A model generated the notes under the pieces. The model saw only the letters and a list, made by a program, of their open reading frames with translations, made no database searches and was not told where the DNA came from. Source: Candidatus Parcubacteria bacterium (GTDB taxonomy: Bacteria > Patescibacteriota > Microgenomatia > UBA12405). Taken from it: a stretch of 64,000 nt of DNA. Positions 48,822 to 57,728 of this stretch are shown piece by piece (within the stretch, counting starts at the first letter, position 1; each line of letters starts with the position of its first letter). The stretch lies in contig JAEWUV010000007.1 of assembly GCA_023396915.1 (NCBI GenBank), forward strand, positions 82,077-146,076, read 5' to 3'. Position numbers and translations under genes: made by a program.

Positions 48822-49963
48822 TGAAAATAGGTCTAGTTTATCACCAATTTCCTCTTTATGCTGGTGGCTCGCATATCCAAGATTTCATCGTCTCATTATC
48901 TAAAAATAAACAAATTCAAAATATCACCTTAATCGCCAAACACTATCCAAAAGTTCCTATTAAACTTCCCAAAAAGATAAAAATAATTTTCATTCCAAAT
49001 ATAAAGATTCCCATATTAGACGATTTATTTTTCATAATATCCTCTTTTTTTGCCATGCTTTTTTCTTCTGATTTTCGAAAGTCTGATTTGGTAAATGTTA
49101 TTTGTGCTCGCGGCATCCCTTCATCATTCCTTTTTACTAAAATTTTTAAAAAACCTTTAATTGCCACCATAGAAATATTAAATGACCCAAAAAACAATCC
49201 ATCACTTTCCAGTAAGGTATCTTACTTTGTTCAAAAATTTTATTACTCAAAAATTCGATTTAATAAAATCATTTGTTGGGCTAAATTTTATTACCAAAAA
49301 TATCTTAAAAAATGGGGGATTGATAAAAATAAAGTTTCTTTTATTTCAAATGGAATCAACACTAGCCAATATCATCCTAAAATTTCAGGCAAACAAATTA
49401 AATACAAATACTCTCCCCATAATCCTCTTATTGTTTTTGCCAAACCACTTTATAAATACAACTTTTTGTCGGTAAAACTTTTGCTTTCTGTTGTTAAAAA
49501 ACTCAAAGACGCCAACTATCCAATTCATTTATTGCTCGGCAAAGGAAAATATCTACCCCAGACTCAAAACATAATTAAAAAATTAAAAATTAAAAAGTAT
49601 GTTTCTTTTATGCCTTTTGTTCCTATGACCGAAATTCCCAAATACATTGCCGCTTCGGATATTATGGTTTTACCTTATCTTTACCACCCCACAGTTTCTC
49701 GTTCACTTTTAGAAGCCATGAGTACCGGAAAAGCCATTCTTACATCAAATTTAGGCGAAATTCCCTATGTTTTAACCCACCAAAAAGACGCAATTGTAAT
49801 TAAACCGACTGTTAATAATTTAGTTAAAAACATTAAATATCTTTTAAAAAATCCAGATATTGCCAAACAATTAGGCAAAAATGCCAGAATTAAATGTCAA
49901 AAGCTATATTCCTTTGATAAAATTAGCAAAGATACTGTTAACTTATATCAAAAAATAGAATGA
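48821..49963 (+). CDS. GT4 (GT-B) glycosyltransferase
   Basis: A TAATG junction starts it at 48821. The C-terminal SRSLLEAMSTGKAIL region is GT4-like. 380 aa. Confidence 0.7.
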   Translation: MKIGLVYHQFPLYAGGSHIQDFIVSLSKNKQIQNITLIAKHYPKVPIKLPKKIKIIFIPNIKIPILDDLFFIISSFFAMLFSSDFRKSDLVNVICARGIPSSFLFTKIFKKPLIATIEILNDPKNNPSLSSKVSYFVQKFYYSKIRFNKIICWAKFYYQKYLKKWGIDKNKVSFISNGINTSQYHPKISGKQIKYKYSPHNPLIVFAKPLYKYNFLSVKLLLSVVKKLKDANYPIHLLLGKGKYLPQTQNIIKKLKIKKYVSFMPFVPMTEIPKYIAASDIMVLPYLYHPTVSRSLLEAMSTGKAILTSNLGEIPYVLTHQKDAIVIKPTVNNLVKNIKYLLKNPDIAKQLGKNARIKCQKLYSFDKISKDTVNLYQKIE

Positions 49964-50604
49964 AAACTTCGGTTATAAATAAAATCAGACATAGTATTGA
50001 ATATTATCGTTTCCATGTTTCATCCAAATTACCGCCATTTTTAAAGCATTATATTTCCAAGTTTCGATTTAAACCTCAAATAGCCAAGGGTGGAACTATT
50101 TATGGCTATACCGTATTCGGACCAAATGTTTCCATCGGAGAATATTCATATCTTCATTCCCCAGTCAGGCTTAGTAATATAAAAATCGGCAAGTTTTGTT
50201 CTATTGCCCAAAACTTCACCGCCATTAGTCATCGTCATAAATACGAAAATTTTTTCAATTATAAATTTTATAATGAAACAAACTCCCCATTTTCCTCAAA
50301 ATTTTATAAAAAACCAGAAGAGGTAAATATTATTAAACCTATCACTATCGGTAATGATGTTTATATTGGTTACAATGTAACAGTTCTTGGAGGGGTAAAA
50401 ATCGGAAACGGCTCTATTATCGCCGCCAATTCATTAGTTAACAAAAATGTGCCACCATACACTATTTATGGGGGAGTTCCGGCAAAATTTATTAAAAATA
50501 AAAAAATCAAAGACAAAGAAATAAAAAATTTTGATTTTAATCAAAAAGATTATTTAACAAAATTAGAAAAACTTCTCAAAAAACTCTATGCGACTGCTGG
50601 TTAA
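49960..50604 (+). CDS. Hexapeptide-repeat (left-handed beta-helix) O-acetyltransferase
   Basis: Repeats IGKFCSIAQNFTAI...IGNDVYIGYNVTVLGGVKIGNGSIIAANSLV. The size and architecture match the CatB/Vat/WbbJ group. Confidence 0.8.
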   Translation: MKTSVINKIRHSIEYYRFHVSSKLPPFLKHYISKFRFKPQIAKGGTIYGYTVFGPNVSIGEYSYLHSPVRLSNIKIGKFCSIAQNFTAISHRHKYENFFNYKFYNETNSPFSSKFYKKPEEVNIIKPITIGNDVYIGYNVTVLGGVKIGNGSIIAANSLVNKNVPPYTIYGGVPAKFIKNKKIKDKEIKNFDFNQKDYLTKLEKLLKKLYATAG

Positions 50605-51739
50605 TTTCACTAGCCTCACCAAAAACGGAGTTATTCCCATTTGGCTTAAAAAACTTCAGGAATTATCTTACCAAAATTGCCAAATTGACTTTTTCTTCAA
50701 TAATCAAATAAATAAAGTCGACTTCGGTCAAAAAAAACTAAGCCAATATAACAACTCACCAAAAATTAAAAATCTTTCTCAAATAAAATCAAAAATAAAA
50801 TTTATTTTTTATTCTCTTAAAAAAAATTTAGAATCAATTTTTACAATTACCAAATACATCAAAAACTATGATGTATTTTATTCACTTTCGTCTGTTTTAG
50901 ATTTAGTAATCACTCCGTTCTTTGCCAAAATATATTACCCAAAAATCATTTGGACTACAGTTTTTGACAACATTGTTCCTATCACTGATCCAGGCAATAA
51001 AATAACTCGTTTTTTGGCCTGGTTCTTTTTTCAAATTAGTCTAGTCTTAATTTGTAAAGCCGATTTAATCTTTACTATTTCTCCGGAATTACGGCAATTT
51101 CTTATTGATAAACATTTTGATAAAAATAAAATTATTCTCACTGGCAATGGTATCGAAATAGATTTAATTAAACAAGCAAAAAGAAAAAATTATCTATATG
51201 ATGCTTTATATATTGGCCGTATCAACGAAACAAAAGGAATTTTTGATATGTTAAAAGTTTTAAAACAAATCAAAAAAAAATACCCTAAATTTACTTTAGC
51301 TATTATGGGTGACGGGGATAAAACTACCAAAAATAAATTTAAAAAACAGATTAAATTAATGAAATTAGAATCGAATATAAAATATTTAGGTTATATCTCT
51401 GGTATCCAAAAATTTAATATTATAAAAAGTAGTCGATGTTTTTGGTTTCTCAGTGTCAGTCAAAGTGAAAGTTTTGGTATCGCTCTTATGGAAGCAGTCT
51501 CTTGTGGTATTCCGGCTTTTACTTATAATCTTCCAACTTTTACCAAGATATACAGGAATAAAGAAGTTATTTTTTCTCCAATTCACTGTCCAAACATTGT
51601 TGCCAAAAAAGTTCTTAACTTATTTAATTCAAAAAAATTTTCTAATCCTAACGGTAAAAAATTACTAGGTAAATATAGTTGGAAAAATATCGCCAAAATA
51701 GAAATACAGGCGATAAACAAGCTAATTTCTAATTCCTGA
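50588..51739 (+). CDS. GT4 (GT-B) glycosyltransferase
   Basis: SQSESFGIALMEAVSCGIP (GT4 E-x7-E). 383 aa. Last gene of the long + operon. Confidence 0.8.
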   Translation: MRLLVNFTSLTKNGVIPIWLKKLQELSYQNCQIDFFFNNQINKVDFGQKKLSQYNNSPKIKNLSQIKSKIKFIFYSLKKNLESIFTITKYIKNYDVFYSLSSVLDLVITPFFAKIYYPKIIWTTVFDNIVPITDPGNKITRFLAWFFFQISLVLICKADLIFTISPELRQFLIDKHFDKNKIILTGNGIEIDLIKQAKRKNYLYDALYIGRINETKGIFDMLKVLKQIKKKYPKFTLAIMGDGDKTTKNKFKKQIKLMKLESNIKYLGYISGIQKFNIIKSSRCFWFLSVSQSESFGIALMEAVSCGIPAFTYNLPTFTKIYRNKEVIFSPIHCPNIVAKKVLNLFNSKKFSNPNGKKLLGKYSWKNIAKIEIQAINKLISNS

Positions 51740-53491
51740 TCCAGTAGATTCTTTTATCTGACCCAAAGAATCATACAGATTCTTTATCTCTACCACATTA
51801 GGAAATTGCTGATACATCCGAGTTACCAACTCTTTTACCTGATCAGCCCTACCGGTTTGAACATAAGCCAACGCCGTAATGTATGCCACTTCTAAATCAT
51901 TTGGATTTAATTGTTGTAATTTTGTCAAATGTTTATCTAATTCTGTTATATTTTTCTCCATCATATCCAGCTGAACCAATGTTTTTAAAGTTTGAGGCAT
52001 ATTTGCATTAAAAGTAAGTGCAGTTTCATACCCCTGTCTTGCTAAATCCAATCGACCCATTTTATAAAATATATTAGCCTGATTATGGTAAGCATCAGCA
52101 TAATTTGGTTTTATGGCATATGACTGACCAAATCCTTTAATTGCGTTTAAATATTGTTTAATTTTATTTTCATCAGTCGTTTCCAGTTGGGCGAGCTTAT
52201 CATAATCATCTCCGATATTATTCCAAGCGTTATGACTGTTAGGTGACACCTGACAGGTATTTACCCACAAATTATGATTTGTTTGCCAATCTATATTTCT
52301 CAAAAATACTCTAACAGAGTAAACAGCCGTCAATGCCGATAAAACCATCACTACCACCACTTTTTTATTCCAAAATTTTTCCGCCAATATACCCAAAAAC
52401 AAAGCCACACCCAACGATCCCAAAAACACATACCTTTCTGCTACCAACCAACTTACTTTTACCGGTGCCATAGACGAGGCTGTTGCTAAAAATATAAAAG
52501 CCAAAGCAAAAAATATTTTTTTATCCTTAAAAAAATACCAAATGGTTGCCACCAAATAAAATAAAAGAATTAACCAATTTAACCAAACTGGTACCGTATA
52601 CATCGTGTGATAAAGGGTTAAATCTACTGGTATTAAAATTAACTGTAAATATTTGGTTATTGCTGTTGGATATTGAAAAAATGGATTGTAAAAGATACTC
52701 TCAGAAGCATTTATCCCTGAATTTACACTTTGAATTCTGTTGTTAATCATCGGCCAACTAACTAAAAATAAAACCAAAAACAAAAAAACTAAAATGGTAA
52801 ATATTTTAGTTAAATTAGCTTTAATATTTAACTCTTTTTTAAAAGAAATCAATGTCAGAACTGACAATAAAATAAAACCCAGCCATCTAATCCTGTCAGA
52901 AAATAAACAAATTAAAGTAAGAACCAATAACCAAATTAAATATTTCCCTTTTTTATTTTTAAAATACAAAACTAAAAAACTTAATTCCCCCAATATCAAA
53001 AACGAAGAAACCAAATAAGGAATTCCTGAAATCCAACTCACTGCCTCTACATGAACCGGCAAAACCGCAAAAACAACCAAAGCCACCTTACTAACTAAAT
53101 CACTAAAAAATAACCTTAAAAATACAAAAGCAAACACACAAACCAATAAATACAATAATAAATTTACCAAATGATAGGGGGTGGGACTTTCTATTCCAAA
53201 AGCCAAGGCTGTTAATGTCTTAATAAAACTAACAAAAAAACCTGAATTCAAAGTTGCCTTTATACTCATAATCTCTGGATTCTGAGGTATCGTCGCATAA
53301 TCATCAGACACAAAATCTCCCCATAGTGAATTAAAGTAAAGAGCTATTATTCCCAAACATAAGATAATCAAAAACTTCCAATTCTTCTTTAAAAGATTTC
53401 TTATACTTACAACTTCTGTCTCAACACTTCTTAAACTACCTCCAACATCGTTTTCTAACTTTCTCAACCTTTTTAATTTCTTCTGCGACAT
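51722..53491 (-). CDS. TMTC-like protein: polytopic GT-C-type membrane domain fused to C-terminal TPR repeats (candidate protein O-glycosyltransferase)
   Basis: N-terminal about 400 aa with at least 10 TM. The C-terminal 170 aa carry TPR-like repeats (AWNNIGDDY...AYHNQANIFYKMGRLDLARQGYETAL...AYITALAYVQTG). Confidence 0.65.
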   Translation of the reverse strand: MSQKKLKRLRKLENDVGGSLRSVETEVVSIRNLLKKNWKFLIILCLGIIALYFNSLWGDFVSDDYATIPQNPEIMSIKATLNSGFFVSFIKTLTALAFGIESPTPYHLVNLLLYLLVCVFAFVFLRLFFSDLVSKVALVVFAVLPVHVEAVSWISGIPYLVSSFLILGELSFLVLYFKNKKGKYLIWLLVLTLICLFSDRIRWLGFILLSVLTLISFKKELNIKANLTKIFTILVFLFLVLFLVSWPMINNRIQSVNSGINASESIFYNPFFQYPTAITKYLQLILIPVDLTLYHTMYTVPVWLNWLILLFYLVATIWYFFKDKKIFFALAFIFLATASSMAPVKVSWLVAERYVFLGSLGVALFLGILAEKFWNKKVVVVMVLSALTAVYSVRVFLRNIDWQTNHNLWVNTCQVSPNSHNAWNNIGDDYDKLAQLETTDENKIKQYLNAIKGFGQSYAIKPNYADAYHNQANIFYKMGRLDLARQGYETALTFNANMPQTLKTLVQLDMMEKNITELDKHLTKLQQLNPNDLEVAYITALAYVQTGRADQVKELVTRMYQQFPNVVEIKNLYDSLGQIKESTGSGIRN

Positions 53492-53510
53492 GAATAAATT
53501 CTATCAAATT

Positions 53511-54488
53511 TCACATTACCATTTCCTTAAAAAACTTCCCCAGCTTATCTTCACTGTGTCTTAATCTCATATTCTTCGCCTCTATAGTAGCAATGTCTGC
53601 TACCACAGTTTTAATAGACTTATCCTTAATCATCTTAACTAACTTAGCATGTTCTAATTTATAGAAGTCCAACACCTTTTTAAATATTTTTTTGTCTAAT
53701 TTCAATACATCAGCCATCAGCACTAAATCAAAAGGAGAATTACACTTTAAATATTTTTTAAAAATCTCTAGATAACCCCGCTGAGTTGCGTCCTTAACTT
53801 CATTTGCTGTTGCCAATATATTAGTCATTAATATTTTTTTGGCTTTACTTTGGTTATACGCCTCTACCATTCCTGTTGGTAAAAAATTAGGCAAAACCGA
53901 GCCATAAGTAGTCCCTGGGCATATAATTATCACTTCTGCATTCTTCAAAGCATTAACCGCCTCTTTATTAGCCCTTACCTGAGGATTCAACCAAATTTCC
54001 ACAATTCTATCATCAGACATCCGCAAATCATCAATAAAATTTTCCCCTTTATATTCCTTACCTGAAACAGTCTTTAGACAGATATTTGATAAACCCAAAG
54101 ACACCGGAATCACTTCACCTTCCAGCTTAGCTCCTGTTAATTTAGAAAACAAAGCGTCAACCATTCCCAAATCACCCTCTTTTTCCGACAAAAATTGAAA
54201 AAAAGTATTTCCAAAATTTCTTCCTCTACCGTCACGATATCTTAATATTTCATCCCAAAGTTCTTTCTGTTTCCCATCATTCCACAAAGAAATTAATGAT
54301 CTCCAATAATCCGAAAAAGCCAAAACCCCACCTCTTTCATCAGTCCGAATTCGTCCACTATCACCGCCACTATCAAAAGTAGTCACTACCGAGCTTATAT
54401 TTCTAAAACCAGCTCTAATCAAAGCCTGATTAACCACCGGCATAGCCGTGCCACCACCGACAGTACAGATTCGTGTTTTCAAATCCAT
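53511..54488 (-). CDS. YvcK/UPF0052 (CofD-like) family protein
   Basis: The N-terminal ICTVGGGTAMPVV glycine-rich loop and the overall 325-aa size match the YvcK / gluconeogenesis-factor family. Confidence 0.7.
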   Translation of the reverse strand: MDLKTRICTVGGGTAMPVVNQALIRAGFRNISSVVTTFDSGGDSGRIRTDERGGVLAFSDYWRSLISLWNDGKQKELWDEILRYRDGRGRNFGNTFFQFLSEKEGDLGMVDALFSKLTGAKLEGEVIPVSLGLSNICLKTVSGKEYKGENFIDDLRMSDDRIVEIWLNPQVRANKEAVNALKNAEVIIICPGTTYGSVLPNFLPTGMVEAYNQSKAKKILMTNILATANEVKDATQRGYLEIFKKYLKCNSPFDLVLMADVLKLDKKIFKKVLDFYKLEHAKLVKMIKDKSIKTVVADIATIEAKNMRLRHSEDKLGKFFKEMVM

Positions 54489-54493
54489 AATAG

Positions 54494-55471
54494 TTATTTT
54501 ATCAAATTAACCACTAATTTTATCAAATCATCTTTTTCTCTCGGGTTACTGGTAGCAATCAACAAAGCCAAAGCCACCAAAGCTCTGTCACTAATTTTAT
54601 TTTCTCCTATATTATTTTTTAGTATTCTGTTTTGATTTAAATAATAAACAAACAAAGTTGAACCGATTCGCTTATTACCATCAACAAAAGGGTGATCTTT
54701 AATCACCATATAAAGTAAATTAGCTGCCTGTTCTTCCACACTACTATACAAATATTTACCATCAAAAGTCTGATTAATGGCGCCAATTATTCCATTTAAA
54801 TTATTAACTCCATTTTCCTGACCAAAATTAACAGACAACTTTTTACCAAAATTTAGTTTTATCCCATTAATAAAACTAATTACTTCATCATAAGTCAAAA
54901 CATATCTGACTTTTTTAGTTAAACCATCAAGTTTTAATTTATGGTCATCATATTGAGTCAATAAATAAATCGAGTTGGTATAATCTGAAATTAAACTAAG
55001 TAAAGAATCAGTTTCCGACCTTAACTGACTAATTTTTGATTTTGAAGTTACAAAATCAACTGTCTTCTTAAAATCTTCAAAAATCTTCCTTTGTTCTAAA
55101 ATTCTTTTTTTGTTTACAGCATAACCTTTGACTAAATAATTTCGTAATACCTTGGTCGCCCATATACGAAATTGAGTACCCTGTATGGATTTCACCCTAT
55201 ATCCGACAGAAATTATTACATCAAGATTATAAAAATTAGTTAAATAAGTCTTTCCATCATCGGCAGTTATCCGGAATTTCCGGATAACTGAGTTCTCAAA
55301 TAATTCACCCTCAATAAAGATATTTTGTATATGTTCGTTAATAGTTCTAATGTCTTTATCAAACAAATCAGCCATTTGTTTTTGTGTTAACCACACAGTT
55401 TGACCATCAAAACTAACTTTTAAATCAATATTCCCTTTAGAAGACTTGTATAAAACAATCTTGTTATTCAT
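54494..55471 (-). CDS. RhuM-family N-terminal domain fused to a Doc/Fic-type toxin domain
   Basis: N-terminus IVLYKSSKGNIDLKVSFDGQTVWLTQKQMADLF...FYNLDVIISVGYRVKS is typical of RhuM-family proteins. The C-terminus carries HPFVDGNKRIGS, which matches the Doc-type Fic motif HxFx(D/N)GNKR. Confidence 0.7.
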   Translation of the reverse strand: MNNKIVLYKSSKGNIDLKVSFDGQTVWLTQKQMADLFDKDIRTINEHIQNIFIEGELFENSVIRKFRITADDGKTYLTNFYNLDVIISVGYRVKSIQGTQFRIWATKVLRNYLVKGYAVNKKRILEQRKIFEDFKKTVDFVTSKSKISQLRSETDSLLSLISDYTNSIYLLTQYDDHKLKLDGLTKKVRYVLTYDEVISFINGIKLNFGKKLSVNFGQENGVNNLNGIIGAINQTFDGKYLYSSVEEQAANLLYMVIKDHPFVDGNKRIGSTLFVYYLNQNRILKNNIGENKISDRALVALALLIATSNPREKDDLIKLVVNLIK

Positions 55472-55489
55472 AAATTAATTTTACTCCTC

Positions 55490-56305
55490 ATGCTAAACTA
55501 TTCTATGCTTTCTTTAATCAAAGAAACCAAGGCAATCTATAAGTGGCGTGAATTATTGTGGCAAATGGTTGCCCGCGAAGTTAAAGCCCGTTACAAACAA
55601 TCAATTTTAGGCTATTTTTGGGTTATTTTAAATCCGTTAGCTCAGATGTTAGTTATGAGTTTTGCCTTTTCTATAATTTTACGTATTCCCACTAACGCCG
55701 CCGGTAATATTCCTTATTCAATTTTCTTATTTGTTGCCCTTCTTCCTTGGACACTTTTTTCCAATTCATTATCATCTGCCACCGGATCGCTAGTCTCTTC
55801 CGGTAGTTTGATTACTAAAATATATTTCCCCCGAACCATACTGGTAATATCTACTATTTTTTCCAAGATCATCGACTTTATCTTTGCCAATTCCATTCTT
55901 ATTATTTACATGATTATTTATCATATTCCGATCAATTGGAACATACTCTGGGTTATCCCCATATTTATTATCCAGCAAATTTTTACCCTAGGTCTTTCTC
56001 TTTTCTTTTCTGCTGCCAATTTACTTTACCGTGATATTCAATATCTTTTAAACATGATTTTACTTTTATGGCTTTATGCCACCCCCATTATTTATTCTGC
56101 CGATGCCATTCCATCAAAATACAAAATCATTTTTCAACTAAATCCCATGGCAGTTATTACCAATGCCTATCGTCAGGTCGTTTTGGGTGGGGGAGCACCA
56201 AAATACTCCAGTCTTGCCATAGGTCTTCTTGTTTCTTTTATTGTCTTGTTTATAGGCTTTAAGTACTTCAAATCTCGCGAAAAAATCTTTGCTGATAATA
56301 TATAA
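55490..56305 (+). CDS. ABC-2 type polysaccharide/teichoic-acid exporter permease (Wzm/TagG-like)
   Basis: 271 aa with 6 TM. N-terminus ELLWQMVAREVKARYKQSILGYFWVILNPL is characteristic of ABC-2 Wzm/TagG permeases. Confidence 0.8.
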   Translation: MLNYSMLSLIKETKAIYKWRELLWQMVAREVKARYKQSILGYFWVILNPLAQMLVMSFAFSIILRIPTNAAGNIPYSIFLFVALLPWTLFSNSLSSATGSLVSSGSLITKIYFPRTILVISTIFSKIIDFIFANSILIIYMIIYHIPINWNILWVIPIFIIQQIFTLGLSLFFSAANLLYRDIQYLLNMILLLWLYATPIIYSADAIPSKYKIIFQLNPMAVITNAYRQVVLGGGAPKYSSLAIGLLVSFIVLFIGFKYFKSREKIFADNI

Positions 56306-56307
56306 CT

Positions 56308-56652
56308 ATGTCCATTCTAAAAATAGACCATAAACCAACAAAAAAGGAAATGATTATCCTTACCCAAGAATACCCACAATATATAAAACTGTCTGCAGAT
56401 TTAAAACAAGATATTTTATATGGTGGCAGTCGGCTTCATTATGAATGTGAACAAGAATTAATTCACAAAGAAAATTCCAAAAATGAAAATATTTGGAACG
56501 GTGGAATTAATTTAACCAATAAAAAAATAGAATATACCGCTGTGGCCAACATCAAACCATCCGCCGACAATCCGGGACTTGAAATTCTTAATCCCGATAA
56601 TCGGGAAAAGTTTAAAACAATTGTTAAAAAATATTTTCCAGAATATGACTAA
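56308..56652 (+). CDS. Hypothetical protein (114 aa)
   Basis: ORF with host-like AT-rich composition. No recognisable motif. Lies between the ABC permease and ATPase genes. Confidence 0.4.
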   Translation: MSILKIDHKPTKKEMIILTQEYPQYIKLSADLKQDILYGGSRLHYECEQELIHKENSKNENIWNGGINLTNKKIEYTAVANIKPSADNPGLEILNPDNREKFKTIVKKYFPEYD

Positions 56653-56917
56653 TAAAACATACCAAAATTATATGAATTTAATTAGTGATTCCTATCGTGG
56701 AATCTACGAACTCGTTGATCCAAAAATCGGCAATAACAGTTTTTTTGTCAAAAATTATCTAAAAAATATTACCTTAATTACCAATAAATTTCCAAAATAT
56801 AAAAAAACATTAAAAATAAAAGAAATTTCCTCACAAAAAACAGAACCAAAAATAAAAGCTGAATATCTCTTAGATAATAACCGAACCATTCTGGATTTTA
56901 TATCTAAAAACATATAA
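56645..56917 (+). CDS. Hypothetical protein (90 aa)
   Basis: Starts at an internal ATG overlapping the previous ORF by 8 nt; the ORF track gives 56579. No recognisable motif. Confidence 0.35.
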   Translation: MTNKTYQNYMNLISDSYRGIYELVDPKIGNNSFFVKNYLKNITLITNKFPKYKKTLKIKEISSQKTEPKIKAEYLLDNNRTILDFISKNI

Positions 56918-56927
56918 GACCAAAAAA

Positions 56928-57020
56928 AACACCCCCAGACCTAGAACCGAAACAAAAAACTACAGCAAAGCGCGCTGCGGCATCTTGTTTCGGTCCTTCA
57001 GCCTGTTTTTATGGGGTGTT
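56928..57020. terminator. Nested GC-rich palindrome between convergent stop codons (bidirectional terminator)
   Basis: Outer arms: AACACCCCC (56928-36) and GGGGTGTT (57013-20). Inner arms: ACCGAAACAA (56946-55) and TTGTTTCGGT (56985-94). Central CAGC-aaagcgc-GCTG hairpin. Flanked by A- and T-runs. Confidence 0.6.
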
Positions 57021-57456
57021 ATTTTTCTTTCGGTAGCGCAATGGGTATGCCATGGTCGGCAAGACTCGTTTTGAAGAAATGAGTCCTTCCTTCGTCATGT
57101 GATTGCCGATTGAAATCTTCTTTTTTTACTTTTTCGAAAGATACAACCTTCCAATCAGATTCCTCAGAAGAACCCACCTTATAAACAACGCGGACGTAAA
57201 CTTCCTCTTGGCACCCCTCCTCTTGGAAAGACCAAATAAATTTGGCTATGCCCTCTGCTTCGGCTTCAGGAGACGGGGGAGAAACTCTCCTTAAAATAGC
57301 TTCTCCCAAAGGAAAATCAGTTTTCCATCTCTGCATTTCTTTGATTTTCCTTTTCATCCAATCATAAAAAATGCGTGCCTGCTCTTCACTCGTTATTCCC
57401 GGAGTCCCTCTTCTTAAGTTTAGAAAAAAAATAACCTCCGTGACAACTGCGTTCAC
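57019..57456 (-). CDS. Hypothetical protein (145 aa), compositionally atypical (higher GC, fewer Lys/Asn/Ile)
   Basis: ORF with visibly higher GC than its surroundings. No recognisable motif. Possibly horizontally acquired. Confidence 0.45.
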   Translation of the reverse strand: MNAVVTEVIFFLNLRRGTPGITSEEQARIFYDWMKRKIKEMQRWKTDFPLGEAILRRVSPPSPEAEAEGIAKFIWSFQEEGCQEEVYVRVVYKVGSSEESDWKVVSFEKVKKEDFNRQSHDEGRTHFFKTSLADHGIPIALPKEK

Positions 57457-57728
57457 AAAATCAATCTCCTATTTTTAGTATTTCCATCTACACCATGCGC
57501 TTTATGGTGAACGGAAAACTAACTCCAAAATATTTAGAATCAATTTTCCATTCACCATTTTTTTAATGTGCCTTTCTTTAAAATACCAAAACTGCTTATA
57601 GCTTTTTCTTTTAAAGGAACGCCCTAATTCTACCAAAAAACCCCTTATTAGTCAATAATTATAGGATATATTTTAAACTAATTAATCAAGCTTTTCTTAA
57701 AAAATGTTAAACTTCTCTATATATTCTT

